This document shows, one piece after another, positions 48,567 through 57,784 of a DNA stretch of 64,000 nt. Numbering within the stretch: position 1 is the stretch's first letter; each line of letters opens with the position of its first letter. The notes beneath the pieces are model-generated. The model searched no databases and was not told the origin of the DNA. It was given only the letters and a program-made list of their open reading frames with translations. The position numbers and the translations under genes were made by a program. Source of the DNA: a virus (lineage: Duplodnaviria; Caudoviricetes); IMG/VR virus record IMGVR_UViG_3300037067_019204, positions 64,001 to 128,000 of that record. One strand, written 5' to 3'.

Positions 48567-48818
48567 CTACTCATACCCCAATATTACAGGAGTATACAAA
48601 GTTACAATAGTGCCAATTAAAGCACCTAATATATAGGCTACCCTATCATAATTATTAGCCAATGCAAGGTCTTTTATATTCAAAGTCCACATCAGTGATA
48701 TAGCCATACTTAACGATATTGCACATTTACGGTAATGATTGGCTATCAACCATATATTAGCAGTAGTAAGAGATACTATCGAAAACGCTCTTAAAGCAAT
48801 ATAGAATTTTTTTTTCAT
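48567..48818 (-). CDS. Small multi-TM membrane protein
   Basis: Three hydrophobic helices; YILGALIGT. Confidence 0.6.
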   Translation of the reverse strand: MKKKFYIALRAFSIVSLTTANIWLIANHYRKCAISLSMAISLMWTLNIKDLALANNYDRVAYILGALIGTIVTLYTPVILGYE

Positions 48819-50506
48819 TATTTCATCCTTATAGAAAACAGCTTATTATCCTTAGCAAAATATGTTTGGTTGCCCTTATTAAACAATTTTGTTCCAGATA
48901 AGGTAGTATCTTGTATAAGCTTTACTGTATTATTATCTTTCCTATTAAAGAACAATTCAGTAAACCCATCTTCATTTACATATATACAAATTCCATTATC
49001 CAATACAGTAAAGTTAATTTCAGTATAAGACACATCCTTTGTTTCTATGATAGAATACTCATACTTATCATTAAATTTAAATATAAATCTATTATAGATA
49101 CCACCGTGTTCTCCAATAACAATTAAAATATTGTTATGATATTTAGCATTGACAATACGGAATCCTTCTAATTCTTTTATTTTTATTTGTTGGTGTACTC
49201 CGCTTTCAGGAAATATTGAAATATAATATAATCCCAATAGATTTTGAATTGCAACCCCATCAAATATTTGGGTAGCATTTAATAGAATATTACAGACAGG
49301 GCGAATATAAACAAAAAGTCTACCCTTTGTTTCAGTAAACATAATTTCACTTATATTTTCTCCATGAACTATATATAAACGATTATTATAAGAGAACAAA
49401 CTAACCCCTATAAAGTCAAAAGGAATGTCTTGCCCTGCTGTAACATTATACAATTGTAGTCTATTATTTTTTATAATAGCTGATACAACATGTCCATATA
49501 TTGGAGATATTCCAATATGAGAATAGGAAGCAACTTTTTTATCCAATCTTTTGTCTATAATTAATCCATCACTTGTTAATATTATTTCATGACCGCCCCA
49601 AGACTGAAAATTTATTATATCAAAGTCATACTCGCCCACTTCTTTTATATCAAAATTATCTGTTCCTGTGATAACACGAACTCTCATAGGCTTGGTAATT
49701 ATAACAGCATCCAAACTTGGAGGAAAGGGAAATCGAACCCCATCTTCAAATATAGATTTATACCAAGTCCGATATGTTTCTGGTATTGTATTATTAAAAT
49801 TATCTACAATAGGGGGAAGACTAACATCCGTATTAAACACGGATATATTATTATCCATCCGTTGCTCTAAGTTTTTAAATGTAGGATGCTTTCCTTTATA
49901 AGGATGTATCCCGGTTAACATTTGAAATGTTAGTATACCAAATGAAAACCAATCAGTGTTTGCATTAAATTTATTCTTGCAATGCCTATCACGAATAGAA
50001 TCCATTATAGCAGTTGCAGGATATGATCGTGTTTGATAACTATCAACATCAATAAAATAAATTTTATTAAAGTTAGACCCATCTAATAAAAAATTCATTT
50101 CATTCAAATCAACAATAAGAATGTTATTATCATGGCAATGTTGGACATTATTTCTAAATTGTTGTATTAAAGATAATAATTCCTTTGTTCTTAAATTATT
50201 CCTATTCTTAAATGCTTTAGTAAAAACCTGACACAATGCTGTTGTTCTCTCAATATACTTCATAGTATATCCAATAGGGGTGCTACGTTCATCAAGAAGA
50301 ACGTGTTCCGGTTTTATTATCTCGGGAGAAGTTAAAGAAGATAATTCCGCTATCTTTGCTTCAGGAATCATATGTGATGGTTTAATATATATTTTATATG
50401 CTATGTTTCCTTTAACATATATACTTCCCTCACCACCACTGGCAATAAAGTTTCTTTGAGTTAAACTTTCTGGGCCTTTACCTTTAACTATTACTTTCAA
50501 CATCAT
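48818..50506 (-). CDS. Ser/Thr protein kinase (TerY-P-associated type) with beta-rich C-terminal domain
   Basis: SGGEG.IY, AYKIY, IVDLNEMNFL, IDVDS, TDWFSFG, GIHPYKG. Confidence 0.85.
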   Translation of the reverse strand: MMLKVIVKGKGPESLTQRNFIASGGEGSIYVKGNIAYKIYIKPSHMIPEAKIAELSSLTSPEIIKPEHVLLDERSTPIGYTMKYIERTTALCQVFTKAFKNRNNLRTKELLSLIQQFRNNVQHCHDNNILIVDLNEMNFLLDGSNFNKIYFIDVDSYQTRSYPATAIMDSIRDRHCKNKFNANTDWFSFGILTFQMLTGIHPYKGKHPTFKNLEQRMDNNISVFNTDVSLPPIVDNFNNTIPETYRTWYKSIFEDGVRFPFPPSLDAVIITKPMRVRVITGTDNFDIKEVGEYDFDIINFQSWGGHEIILTSDGLIIDKRLDKKVASYSHIGISPIYGHVVSAIIKNNRLQLYNVTAGQDIPFDFIGVSLFSYNNRLYIVHGENISEIMFTETKGRLFVYIRPVCNILLNATQIFDGVAIQNLLGLYYISIFPESGVHQQIKIKELEGFRIVNAKYHNNILIVIGEHGGIYNRFIFKFNDKYEYSIIETKDVSYTEINFTVLDNGICIYVNEDGFTELFFNRKDNNTVKLIQDTTLSGTKLFNKGNQTYFAKDNKLFSIRMK

Positions 50507-50702
50507 CCTCTTCTATTTCAATGAAATGGTTATTTGAATTAAATATAAAAAAGAAAGTTTTAATAGAATCATATATTTTTAGTATATGTTCATTATCTGA
50601 CTTTTTAAATACATCCCACCCAATACCAGTATACATTTTCCAAAGTATTGGTTCTGCTCCATCCCTTGTATTTCTGTAACGATATACTTTTATTTCTACC
50701 AT
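50484..50702 (-). CDS. Hypothetical protein
   Basis: 72-aa ORF in operon. Confidence 0.5.
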   Translation of the reverse strand: MVEIKVYRYRNTRDGAEPILWKMYTGIGWDVFKKSDNEHILKIYDSIKTFFFIFNSNNHFIEIEEDDVESNS

Positions 50703-50715
50703 ATATTTTTCCTTA

Positions 50716-51189
50716 TTATTTATCTATTAATTCAATACTATTTTCAAATATTCTTTCTAGATCATCTGAATAACCAAATCGTTCTTTATTTATTACGATA
50801 CTTTTTCGTATATTACCGTCGTCATGTCTCTTAGATGCACAATACCAATCAATAAACATTTCCATTATATCAACTAAATTCATATCTTTGATGCCGTTTG
50901 CAAAATGTTCCGTATGATGACGAGAATTTGCATAATGATGTATTAGTGCTGGTTTTAAGTCTTCTAGAGCCTGTTTATACTCTGGAGAACCATATGTTAA
51001 TTTAGCCAGTCTTGGAGTATGTTTTGAAAACAAAGAAAATTCTGGTTCTTCTAGCTTTGTATTATCATGTTTTTCACCACGTTCTTTAATCATACTTGCT
51101 ATTTCAAACATTAACTTTTTAACATATTGTTTATGTTCCATTGTTTGTTCCATGCAAAAAACATCTTCTTTTGTTTTAATTTGTGGCAT
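50716..51189 (-). CDS. HD-like phosphohydrolase (DUF5662-like), second copy
   Basis: HK..V, HDNTK, HHY..SRHH.EH, MNLVD..EM..DW. Confidence 0.75.
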   Translation of the reverse strand: MPQIKTKEDVFCMEQTMEHKQYVKKLMFEIASMIKERGEKHDNTKLEEPEFSLFSKHTPRLAKLTYGSPEYKQALEDLKPALIHHYANSRHHTEHFANGIKDMNLVDIMEMFIDWYCASKRHDDGNIRKSIVINKERFGYSDDLERIFENSIELIDK

Positions 51190-51198
51190 AGTAATCTC

Positions 51199-51447
51199 CT
51201 ACTTTAATATTAAATTTCCTTTTCTTTTTTGTTTCTTTTTAAAACCACTACATTCAAGAATTTCTTGGCATGGCATATTAAACAACCCAAATCCAACCAA
51301 TGGGCAATTTAGAACTTTGTATGCCACATCTTCAATAAATTTTTCAGGATTTCCATCAAGAATATCATAAGTTTTTCGTGTTCGTATTTTTGTTATTAAT
51401 GCGTTTTCACATTTATTACAAATTGAGTTTTTTGGTATTTTTTTCAT
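51199..51447 (-). CDS. Small Cys-containing hypothetical protein
   Basis: CNKC...C...CSGF. Confidence 0.55.
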   Translation of the reverse strand: MKKIPKNSICNKCENALITKIRTRKTYDILDGNPEKFIEDVAYKVLNCPLVGFGLFNMPCQEILECSGFKKKQKRKGNLILK

Positions 51448-52616
51448 TTTATCCCAAACTCCCTTTTAACTAAATTTAAATATTCCGCATCTTGACATTG
51501 TGCCTTTTCAGGTTCGTCACTGATTTTAGCTACAGGTTTATCATTAACTCTTTGAATCTTCATCACAATAGATATAGGCTTAGAATTAGGAATATCATTG
51601 GTTAGATTAGTTCCTATGCCAAAAGATACGTTTATACTTTTATCAAACGTTCTTTTTAGTTTGATGGCTTTAGTAAAATTAAGATTATCAGAAAATATAA
51701 TTGTTTTTGTTTTTGGGTCAATACCCAATTTTATATAATGATTAACTACTTTAGTTCCAATACTAAATGGGTCTCCACTATCTTGTCGAACCCCATCATA
51801 CAGATTGGCAAAATATTTATCAAAATCATTCAAAAAAGCATCAATCCCAATAGTATCAGTTAATGCAATCCCAAGACTTCCACGGTATACATCTGCCCAT
51901 TTCTGTAACATAAATCTTTGGCTTTCTTTTAAAGATGGTGCAAGAACCTCACCTGCCATAAGCCATTCATGTGCCATAGTTCCCACAGGTTTAAGATTAA
52001 ATCTTTTTGCCATAGCCACATTAGATGTTCCCATAAACAAATTCCGGTCAGAGTAATAATTAAAATAATTAACAACATCTTCTTGCCAAGATTTAGAGAA
52101 CCTTCTCCGTGTACCAAAATCTGCAAACTTTATCTCGTTTGAATTTGCTATTAATATTTTACGAAAGGTTCTGTCTATTCTTCCTTTTATAAAGAAATAG
52201 TATTCTTCCATATCAATAGCAGAAGGAATGGTGTGCCTAAAAAAAACTTCACTGATAATAGCTAACACAGGAACTTCAAACAAAATGGTTTCATACCAAG
52301 ACCCTTTCACTTTAAAAGAAAAAGGTTTTTCATTCATTTCAATACAATTAAAATTAGGAGTATAGTCTTTAAGACTATCTATATAATCTTTATTGAAATA
52401 AGGAAGAGTACTAAGATAACCCAATTCCTCATTAGTGAATTTAAGACTGCACCAATGTTTTAGCTCTTCTTTTATTTCATCATAATAAGGAGAAAGATCT
52501 TCCCCACTTCGGCATTTGAATTCATATTCCACCATTGTATCAGGAAATTGATGAAACACCGCATTTTGCATCGTTAATTTGTATAAATCTGTATCTAATA
52601 GACTATTTATAATCAT
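51444..52616 (-). CDS. pncB: Nicotinate phosphoribosyltransferase
   Basis: LLDTDLYKLTM, DFGTRRR, GTSN, GTMAHE, GVRQDSGDP, FSD.L, FGIGT, KISD. Confidence 0.92.
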   Translation of the reverse strand: MIINSLLDTDLYKLTMQNAVFHQFPDTMVEYEFKCRSGEDLSPYYDEIKEELKHWCSLKFTNEELGYLSTLPYFNKDYIDSLKDYTPNFNCIEMNEKPFSFKVKGSWYETILFEVPVLAIISEVFFRHTIPSAIDMEEYYFFIKGRIDRTFRKILIANSNEIKFADFGTRRRFSKSWQEDVVNYFNYYSDRNLFMGTSNVAMAKRFNLKPVGTMAHEWLMAGEVLAPSLKESQRFMLQKWADVYRGSLGIALTDTIGIDAFLNDFDKYFANLYDGVRQDSGDPFSIGTKVVNHYIKLGIDPKTKTIIFSDNLNFTKAIKLKRTFDKSINVSFGIGTNLTNDIPNSKPISIVMKIQRVNDKPVAKISDEPEKAQCQDAEYLNLVKREFGIK

Positions 52617-53442
52617 GGTCATACTCCCAATCACAGAATCTTCTCAATGAAAAACTTTCTGGGATTTTGTTTTTATGGTTATTCTTGTCATGCATTTGTT
52701 CCACAAACTGAAAACATTTTGAATCGGTGTTTACATGTGAAGTTATATATGAATTGTAGTAAGTCTTTATTGATTCTTCTATTTCATTATATGTAAACCC
52801 AAGTTCTCCTTCATCAGTTTGTCCTTCCCACAAACCCGCTGACGGAATTTTGTTTATAAGGTTTTCTGGGAGATACTTTGTATCAACAAAATATTGAAGT
52901 ACTTGGTAAACCTCACTTTTAAAAAGTTCACCTATAGGATTACAATCAACACCACCATCCCCATACTTTGTAAAGTATCCAATAAAGTTCTCACTCAGAT
53001 TATCTGTTCCCATAACCCGCACTTTATCATCAAAGAATGAATTAGATAATTCCTCCACAATAGAATACAGAATAGTCATTCTTAATCTGGCCTTCATATT
53101 TCCTTTTGTCAGTTTTGTGGTGGGATGGGAAGACGGATTTTTCCAAATCTTTGTTATAATTTCCTCTTGGAGCATTTCAGCTATTCCACCAACAGGAACT
53201 GTTATTGAATTTATACCTAAATGTTTAGCCAGTTTTGTGGAATCTGAATTAAATGTAGACAAGTCAAACCTATCTGCTGGCATATGAACACCAAATACTT
53301 TATTATTTCCCAGTGCCTGTACACAAAGAGTTGCCACAAGAGTAGAATCTGCTCCACCACTTAAACCAATGACAGCTATATCCGTGAATTCTTTAATTTG
53401 TTTGGTTATGCTTTTTATAAGACCCTGAATATCTGTTATCAT
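52603..53442 (-). CDS. nadE: NH3-dependent NAD+ synthetase
   Basis: GLSGGADS, GNMKARLRM, GYFTKYGDG, PSAGLWEGQTDE.ELG; no glutaminase domain. Confidence 0.92.
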   Translation of the reverse strand: MITDIQGLIKSITKQIKEFTDIAVIGLSGGADSTLVATLCVQALGNNKVFGVHMPADRFDLSTFNSDSTKLAKHLGINSITVPVGGIAEMLQEEIITKIWKNPSSHPTTKLTKGNMKARLRMTILYSIVEELSNSFFDDKVRVMGTDNLSENFIGYFTKYGDGGVDCNPIGELFKSEVYQVLQYFVDTKYLPENLINKIPSAGLWEGQTDEGELGFTYNEIEESIKTYYNSYITSHVNTDSKCFQFVEQMHDKNNHKNKIPESFSLRRFCDWEYDHDYK

Positions 53443-54266
53443 TAATTATCTCCTAGATAAATTGTTCCCATAGATAAATCATCATAGTATTTCCAACCTA
53501 AAATATTGCAATCCTTTTTGAATCTATTTAATCTCCGTTGAACAAATCTTCCAGTGAACAATTTAAAATTTGTTAATTCAGTTATCACTTCTATAAAACT
53601 TACAGGTTCTCCTGTTTTTATGTCAACAAAAGAATGGACTCCATCTGAAAACAAAGTAATCCATTCATAATCTTCTACAAGGAAAATAGATTTAAAAGAA
53701 ATTCCTTTTTTTAAAGTAGTGATTTCATACTTTTTTTCATATATATTATAGTGTGTATGAACAAACCCCTCTGGTTCAATTTTCAAATACCCACTTTTTC
53801 TATATTTATCAAGGCTATAAGATAAATATGCAGGATACCCATTGGGGTATACAACATTATATGCCTGTATAATTCCACTTTTTCTTTTTGTTACTAATAC
53901 TCCATCCCCCATCATATCAATAGATACATATTTTATTCTACTAATTATATTTTTAGTAGGGTCAAAAGGATATTTTGCAATTAATAATGTTGAATCAAAC
54001 ATGTATGGGTTTGTTTTTAGTTCATACTCATATTTTGTTTCCAACATTTTTAATATGGCTGGTGTAATTCCCCCAATTCCGGTTTCATCAATTAATTGGT
54101 CAGCACTTAGTGCAAGCAATCGTGCGCCCACATCTGTCATTTTAGATGAAGAGCACCCATCACATATAATCATGTGTGTACCCTCTGCCCCCGGAGTACG
54201 ACTGAGGGTATAGTCCTGACAAATCTCGTGAGAGCTACCTATAGTAAAAGCTGTATCTGTATTCAT
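53442..54266 (-). CDS. PP2C-family phosphatase (TerY-P-associated type)
   Basis: G.SH..CQD, CDGCSS, GDG, FSDG, DD. Confidence 0.82.
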   Translation of the reverse strand: MNTDTAFTIGSSHEICQDYTLSRTPGAEGTHMIICDGCSSSKMTDVGARLLALSADQLIDETGIGGITPAILKMLETKYEYELKTNPYMFDSTLLIAKYPFDPTKNIISRIKYVSIDMMGDGVLVTKRKSGIIQAYNVVYPNGYPAYLSYSLDKYRKSGYLKIEPEGFVHTHYNIYEKKYEITTLKKGISFKSIFLVEDYEWITLFSDGVHSFVDIKTGEPVSFIEVITELTNFKLFTGRFVQRRLNRFKKDCNILGWKYYDDLSMGTIYLGDN

Positions 54267-54298
54267 ATAACTTTTATATTCCTTTGTATTTGTTTAAA

Positions 54299-54326
54299 TT
54301 ATCGGCATTAAACTCAAAAAACTTTA
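54299..54326 (-). promoter_or_regulatory. sigma28 (FliA/SigD)-like promoter
   Basis: TAAAGTTTTTTGAGTTTAATGCCGATAA (TAAA-N16-GCCGATAA) upstream of the PP2C-nadE-pncB genes. Confidence 0.6.
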
Positions 54327-54337
54327 GTAAAATTATT

Positions 54338-54359
54338 ACGTTTATGGAGCCAAAATCGT
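54338..54359. promoter_or_regulatory. 22-bp palindromic motif, copy 4
   Basis: ACGTTTATGGAGCCAAAATCGT flanked by TAAAATTATT and ATTAATTTTA. Confidence 0.6.
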
Positions 54360-54366
54360 ATTAATT

Positions 54367-54519
54367 TTATTTCTTTTTAAACATATTGCATATAATCAAT
54401 GTAATTATGATAGTTAATAATATACTAACCACTATTCCTTCTGGTGTTGAAAGGAAAGGTTGACTTTCTGGGTATTTACTTGCATACCATGCATACATAG
54501 TGTCTCTCCATACTCCCAT
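54367..54519 (-). CDS. Small membrane protein
   Basis: AGGAGG RBS before ATG 54519; C-terminal TM. Confidence 0.55.
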   Translation of the reverse strand: MGVWRDTMYAWYASKYPESQPFLSTPEGIVVSILLTIIITLIICNMFKKK

Positions 54520-54532
54520 ATTGAACCTCCTA

Positions 54533-54573
54533 TTAAAAAATAAAGCTGGCCCACCCAAAGATGGGCCAGCTTT
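54533..54573 (-). terminator. Rho-independent terminator after the vWA gene
   Basis: AAAGCTGGCCCA/TGGGCCAGCTTT stem followed by a T-rich tail on the - strand. Confidence 0.8.
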
Positions 54574-54577
54574 CATA

Positions 54578-55327
54578 TTAAATGGTAAGAGAAAGAGGCT
54601 GACTTGGCGTTTTTTGGTTAAGAGATTGACTTTGTGAACTAATTGATTTGCTCACAAATTCTGCTAACCTTGCCAGTTTCTTATCTGTTGCTTCATCAAT
54701 ATTTATAAATTGAGTAAATCCTGCCTCTTGTTTGAATTTATCCAGATAATCTATAACAACAGGATTACTGACATTCATTCCAATTAGCACAGAAACAAGA
54801 GATTGAACAACCTCATCTTTCACTGCTTTTTGTAGAGATTCTCCAACCTTGTCCCTTCCATATGTTGAATCATTATTTACTCCATCTGTTAAAACAAATA
54901 GGATTGCATTAACATCAAAATCCTTATCTGTCAATGTTTTTCCATATGCAAGAGTTGCTTCTATGGCATTATATGAAGCATCATATAAGGCTGTATTACC
55001 ACCACAGTGCAGTATCCCTTTGTAATCATTTGGATTACAATTGGCCAATAGCTTATACCCATGTACTTCTTCTTCTTTGCTATTGAAGGTAAGAAGTCTT
55101 ATAAGAAGGTTATCTGGGCGTGGGCTATGCTTGCAAGCCCCTATAATTTCTTGAATACATTTTTCAAGATTGTCTTTGTACCCAGCTACACTACCACTTA
55201 CATCTGTTACAATAGTAACAAGGGTATATTCTGTAGCCTCCAAGTTTTCAAGTCGTACTGCTGAGTACTGAAAACTTGTTCCTTGAATTTTATTAACCTC
55301 TAAAGAATCATCATTTAGTTGTGGCAT
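54578..55327 (-). CDS. vWA (TerY-like) domain protein
   Basis: MIDAS DVSGS, GGNTALYDA, LTDG. Confidence 0.85.
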   Translation of the reverse strand: MPQLNDDSLEVNKIQGTSFQYSAVRLENLEATEYTLVTIVTDVSGSVAGYKDNLEKCIQEIIGACKHSPRPDNLLIRLLTFNSKEEEVHGYKLLANCNPNDYKGILHCGGNTALYDASYNAIEATLAYGKTLTDKDFDVNAILFVLTDGVNNDSTYGRDKVGESLQKAVKDEVVQSLVSVLIGMNVSNPVVIDYLDKFKQEAGFTQFINIDEATDKKLARLAEFVSKSISSQSQSLNQKTPSQPLSLTI

Positions 55328-55345
55328 ATTTTTCTCCTTAATTTT

Positions 55346-56158
55346 TTATTTCAGAAAATCAACTGTGGTTGAAACAGTCATTCCTTTTGAAACCATGCTT
55401 TTATAAAATTCTTCCGATTCCGGTTTTGAAGGAAGAACACAACTCATAGCATCTTCCAAAAGCACAATTTTTTTAACATAGCTGTCGTCTTTAAATTCAG
55501 ACACAAGGTCTCTCAGTGTGTTAAACACACAGAAATCCTTTGCTTCCCCAGCAACAGCAATCACATCTGCTTTTTCCAGTGTTTCAATCAATCTTGTGTT
55601 AACCTGTGTGCATGGGTCTGTTGGGTCAACAACATCTGCTCGAATGACACTGTAGTGTTCAGTGTAAGGATTACTGCCTTTTGTAACATAGTCCACCATT
55701 TTAAATGATGCTTCCCAATCCAGAAGCGCATCATATACTGCCGGATAAATACCATGACCTTGACTTCCTATAAGGCAATGGGGTGGCCAGATGCAAAGGG
55801 GGTATCGTCCGTTTTTATCAAGTGTCCTCACATATTCAAGACTTCTCTTGTAAAGAGAGGGAAGAGAGCTTGTCCATACCCCATTTTCCACATCCTTTAC
55901 TGTAATGGTGGTAAAAGGTGTTGGGTGAGCACCAGATGAATCTTTCCAAAAGATTGGATGTGCAATATCCACAAAATGATGGGTATCAAGTGTTGCATGA
56001 ATATCATTTATCTTTGGATAAATTCTCCTGATCATTTTTGATAACCTTTCCATATCTGACTCAGCCCCAGTTACATAAAGGCTACCGGGGTATTTAGAGT
56101 TTGGGGGATTACAAAAATCCTGTTGGCAATCAATCAAAAGCAAATCAACTTTAATCAT
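55346..56158 (-). CDS. pncA: Nicotinamidase/isochorismatase-family cysteine hydrolase
   Basis: IDCQQDFC, GSLYV.GA, DTH, WPPHC, KG, AGEAKDFCV. Confidence 0.8.
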   Translation of the reverse strand: MIKVDLLLIDCQQDFCNPPNSKYPGSLYVTGAESDMERLSKMIRRIYPKINDIHATLDTHHFVDIAHPIFWKDSSGAHPTPFTTITVKDVENGVWTSSLPSLYKRSLEYVRTLDKNGRYPLCIWPPHCLIGSQGHGIYPAVYDALLDWEASFKMVDYVTKGSNPYTEHYSVIRADVVDPTDPCTQVNTRLIETLEKADVIAVAGEAKDFCVFNTLRDLVSEFKDDSYVKKIVLLEDAMSCVLPSKPESEEFYKSMVSKGMTVSTTVDFLK

Positions 56159-56174
56159 ATACGTTTCCTCCGTT

Positions 56175-56393
56175 TTATTTTATTTCTGGTAAATAACAAG
56201 AACATTTATCTAAGTCTAATCGAGTTAAACTTCTTATATGACCTTTTAAAATATGATTAGGATCATTAACACTAGTAATAATACATGCTATGCGACTATT
56301 TGGGTGGTGTCTTCCAAAGAAGGATGAATCTGAAGTATGCCTTGTACTATAGGGACACCACGGTGTGCAACTAACAAATTGTATTATCTTCAT
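56175..56393 (-). CDS. Small Cys-rich paralog, family A (divergent)
   Basis: MKIIQ...CTPWCP...H...C...C. Confidence 0.55.
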   Translation of the reverse strand: MKIIQFVSCTPWCPYSTRHTSDSSFFGRHHPNSRIACIITSVNDPNHILKGHIRSLTRLDLDKCSCYLPEIK

Positions 56394-56690
56394 TTAAAAT
56401 TCCTTATAATCATAATATACACCACAATTGGGACAAACTGGTTCACATGGAACATAAGTATGACAAAACTTACACCATCGTCCGTGTTCAGGAGAAGCAT
56501 AATAAGTCATAGTCTGTCTAACTAATTTTTCTTTTTCAGCATCACTTATTGCATTTGGATTAGGCACTAATACTTTCTTTCTTTTGCTCTTTGAAAATAT
56601 AGATTTAACCCAGACTGTGATAGCAGATACTATGATAATTATTGTTGTAAAGTTTATTAATTTTTTTAAAAGACCATCTTCTTTTTGCAT
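56394..56690 (-). CDS. Membrane-anchored Zn-ribbon protein
   Basis: TM plus CKFC...CPNCG. Confidence 0.6.
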   Translation of the reverse strand: MQKEDGLLKKLINFTTIIIIVSAITVWVKSIFSKSKRKKVLVPNPNAISDAEKEKLVRQTMTYYASPEHGRWCKFCHTYVPCEPVCPNCGVYYDYKEF

Positions 56691-56706
56691 ATTTTACCTT
56701 TAAAGA

Positions 56707-56913
56707 TTAATCATATTTTAAAACTTTTAAATGACATTTTTTAGTAAACATTGTGTGTTTCCAGTAATCATTATGGGGATATAAATTACACACATCACAA
56801 TTAGAAATAGAAAAAGCTACACCGTGTGCATATAGTTGTATATCTGATGTAGCAACACTTAAAAAAGGACACCAAGAAGGACACTTATCTTCTATTTTTA
56901 TTATTTTACTCAT
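56707..56913 (-). CDS. Small Cys-rich paralog, family A
   Basis: MSKIIKI...CPSWC...C...LY....W...F...C. Confidence 0.65.
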   Translation of the reverse strand: MSKIIKIEDKCPSWCPFLSVATSDIQLYAHGVAFSISNCDVCNLYPHNDYWKHTMFTKKCHLKVLKYD

Positions 56914-56933
56914 TTATTTATACTATTTTGGAT

Positions 56934-57146
56934 TTAAAAATCCTCTAACTTTTTTAATACACATTTACGACTATATAAACAAATTTCAAACCAATCATAT
57001 TGGTCTTTTGTATAAAGAAAATTACCAACAGAATGACAATGTAGTGAACCCCCACTTCCATTAAGCATACTATATCTATGCAGATTATGATGCATTTCTT
57101 GACACCACGGAGGACATCTATTTTCTATTCTTATTATCTTGCTCAT
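56934..57146 (-). CDS. Small Cys-rich paralog, family A
   Basis: MSKIIRI...CPPWC...H...GGSLHC...LY...WF...C. Confidence 0.7.
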   Translation of the reverse strand: MSKIIRIENRCPPWCQEMHHNLHRYSMLNGSGGSLHCHSVGNFLYTKDQYDWFEICLYSRKCVLKKLEDF

Positions 57147-57149
57147 TTG

Positions 57150-57350
57150 TTATTTAAATATACAACCTCTTGTTGCAAATGCCCTATCAAACCAATTATA
57201 ACCATCATCTATATAGAGAAGCCAGTTAATCTTATTACAGCATAGTGTTCCTCCTGCTGGATTATTTATTGTATTCTCAGAATGATCTAAATGACCTTTA
57301 AGTATACACCAAGGAGGACACTTTTCTTTTATTTTTATTATTTTACTCAT
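57150..57350 (-). CDS. Small Cys-rich paralog, family A
   Basis: CPPWC...H...NPAGGTLCC...LYIDD...WF...C.F. Confidence 0.7.
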   Translation of the reverse strand: MSKIIKIKEKCPPWCILKGHLDHSENTINNPAGGTLCCNKINWLLYIDDGYNWFDRAFATRGCIFK

Positions 57351-57568
57351 TTGTTTTTTTTGGTTTGTTGTTTAAATACACACTCTTTGTCTGAAAATGA
57401 TCTTATAAACCAATCCTCATAATCATCTATATAAAGATTAATTCCGGTTAAGTCACAACACAATGATCCTCCTGCTGGGTTATCTCTTATTTCTCTAAAA
57501 TGATTTCGATGGCCTCTGAATTTACACCACGCAGGACAAATAATATCCGTCTTTATTATCTTACTCAT
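57347..57568 (-). CDS. Small Cys-rich paralog, family A
   Basis: CPAWC...H...NPAGGSLCC...LYIDD...WF..SF...CVF. Confidence 0.7.
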   Translation of the reverse strand: MSKIIKTDIICPAWCKFRGHRNHFREIRDNPAGGSLCCDLTGINLYIDDYEDWFIRSFSDKECVFKQQTKKNK

Positions 57569-57776
57569 TTATATACCCAAAGACACAATTGGGGCGAGTA
57601 AATGAAGTTTCAAACCAATCACCCTCTTGACAATTTTTATATAAATATAAACTTGTTTTATTACATATCAATGAACCTTCAACAGGGTTTTCTGGTATAC
57701 GTAAATCATGCCCCTCATGACTTTTATATACACACCATGCTGGGCAGATAGTGGTTGCTTTTATTATTTTACCCAT
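57561..57776 (-). CDS. Small Cys-rich paralog, family A
   Basis: CPAWC...H...GSLICNKT...LY...WF..SF...CVF. Confidence 0.7.
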   Translation of the reverse strand: MGKIIKATTICPAWCVYKSHEGHDLRIPENPVEGSLICNKTSLYLYKNCQEGDWFETSFTRPNCVFGYINE

Positions 57777-57784
57777 GCTTTATT

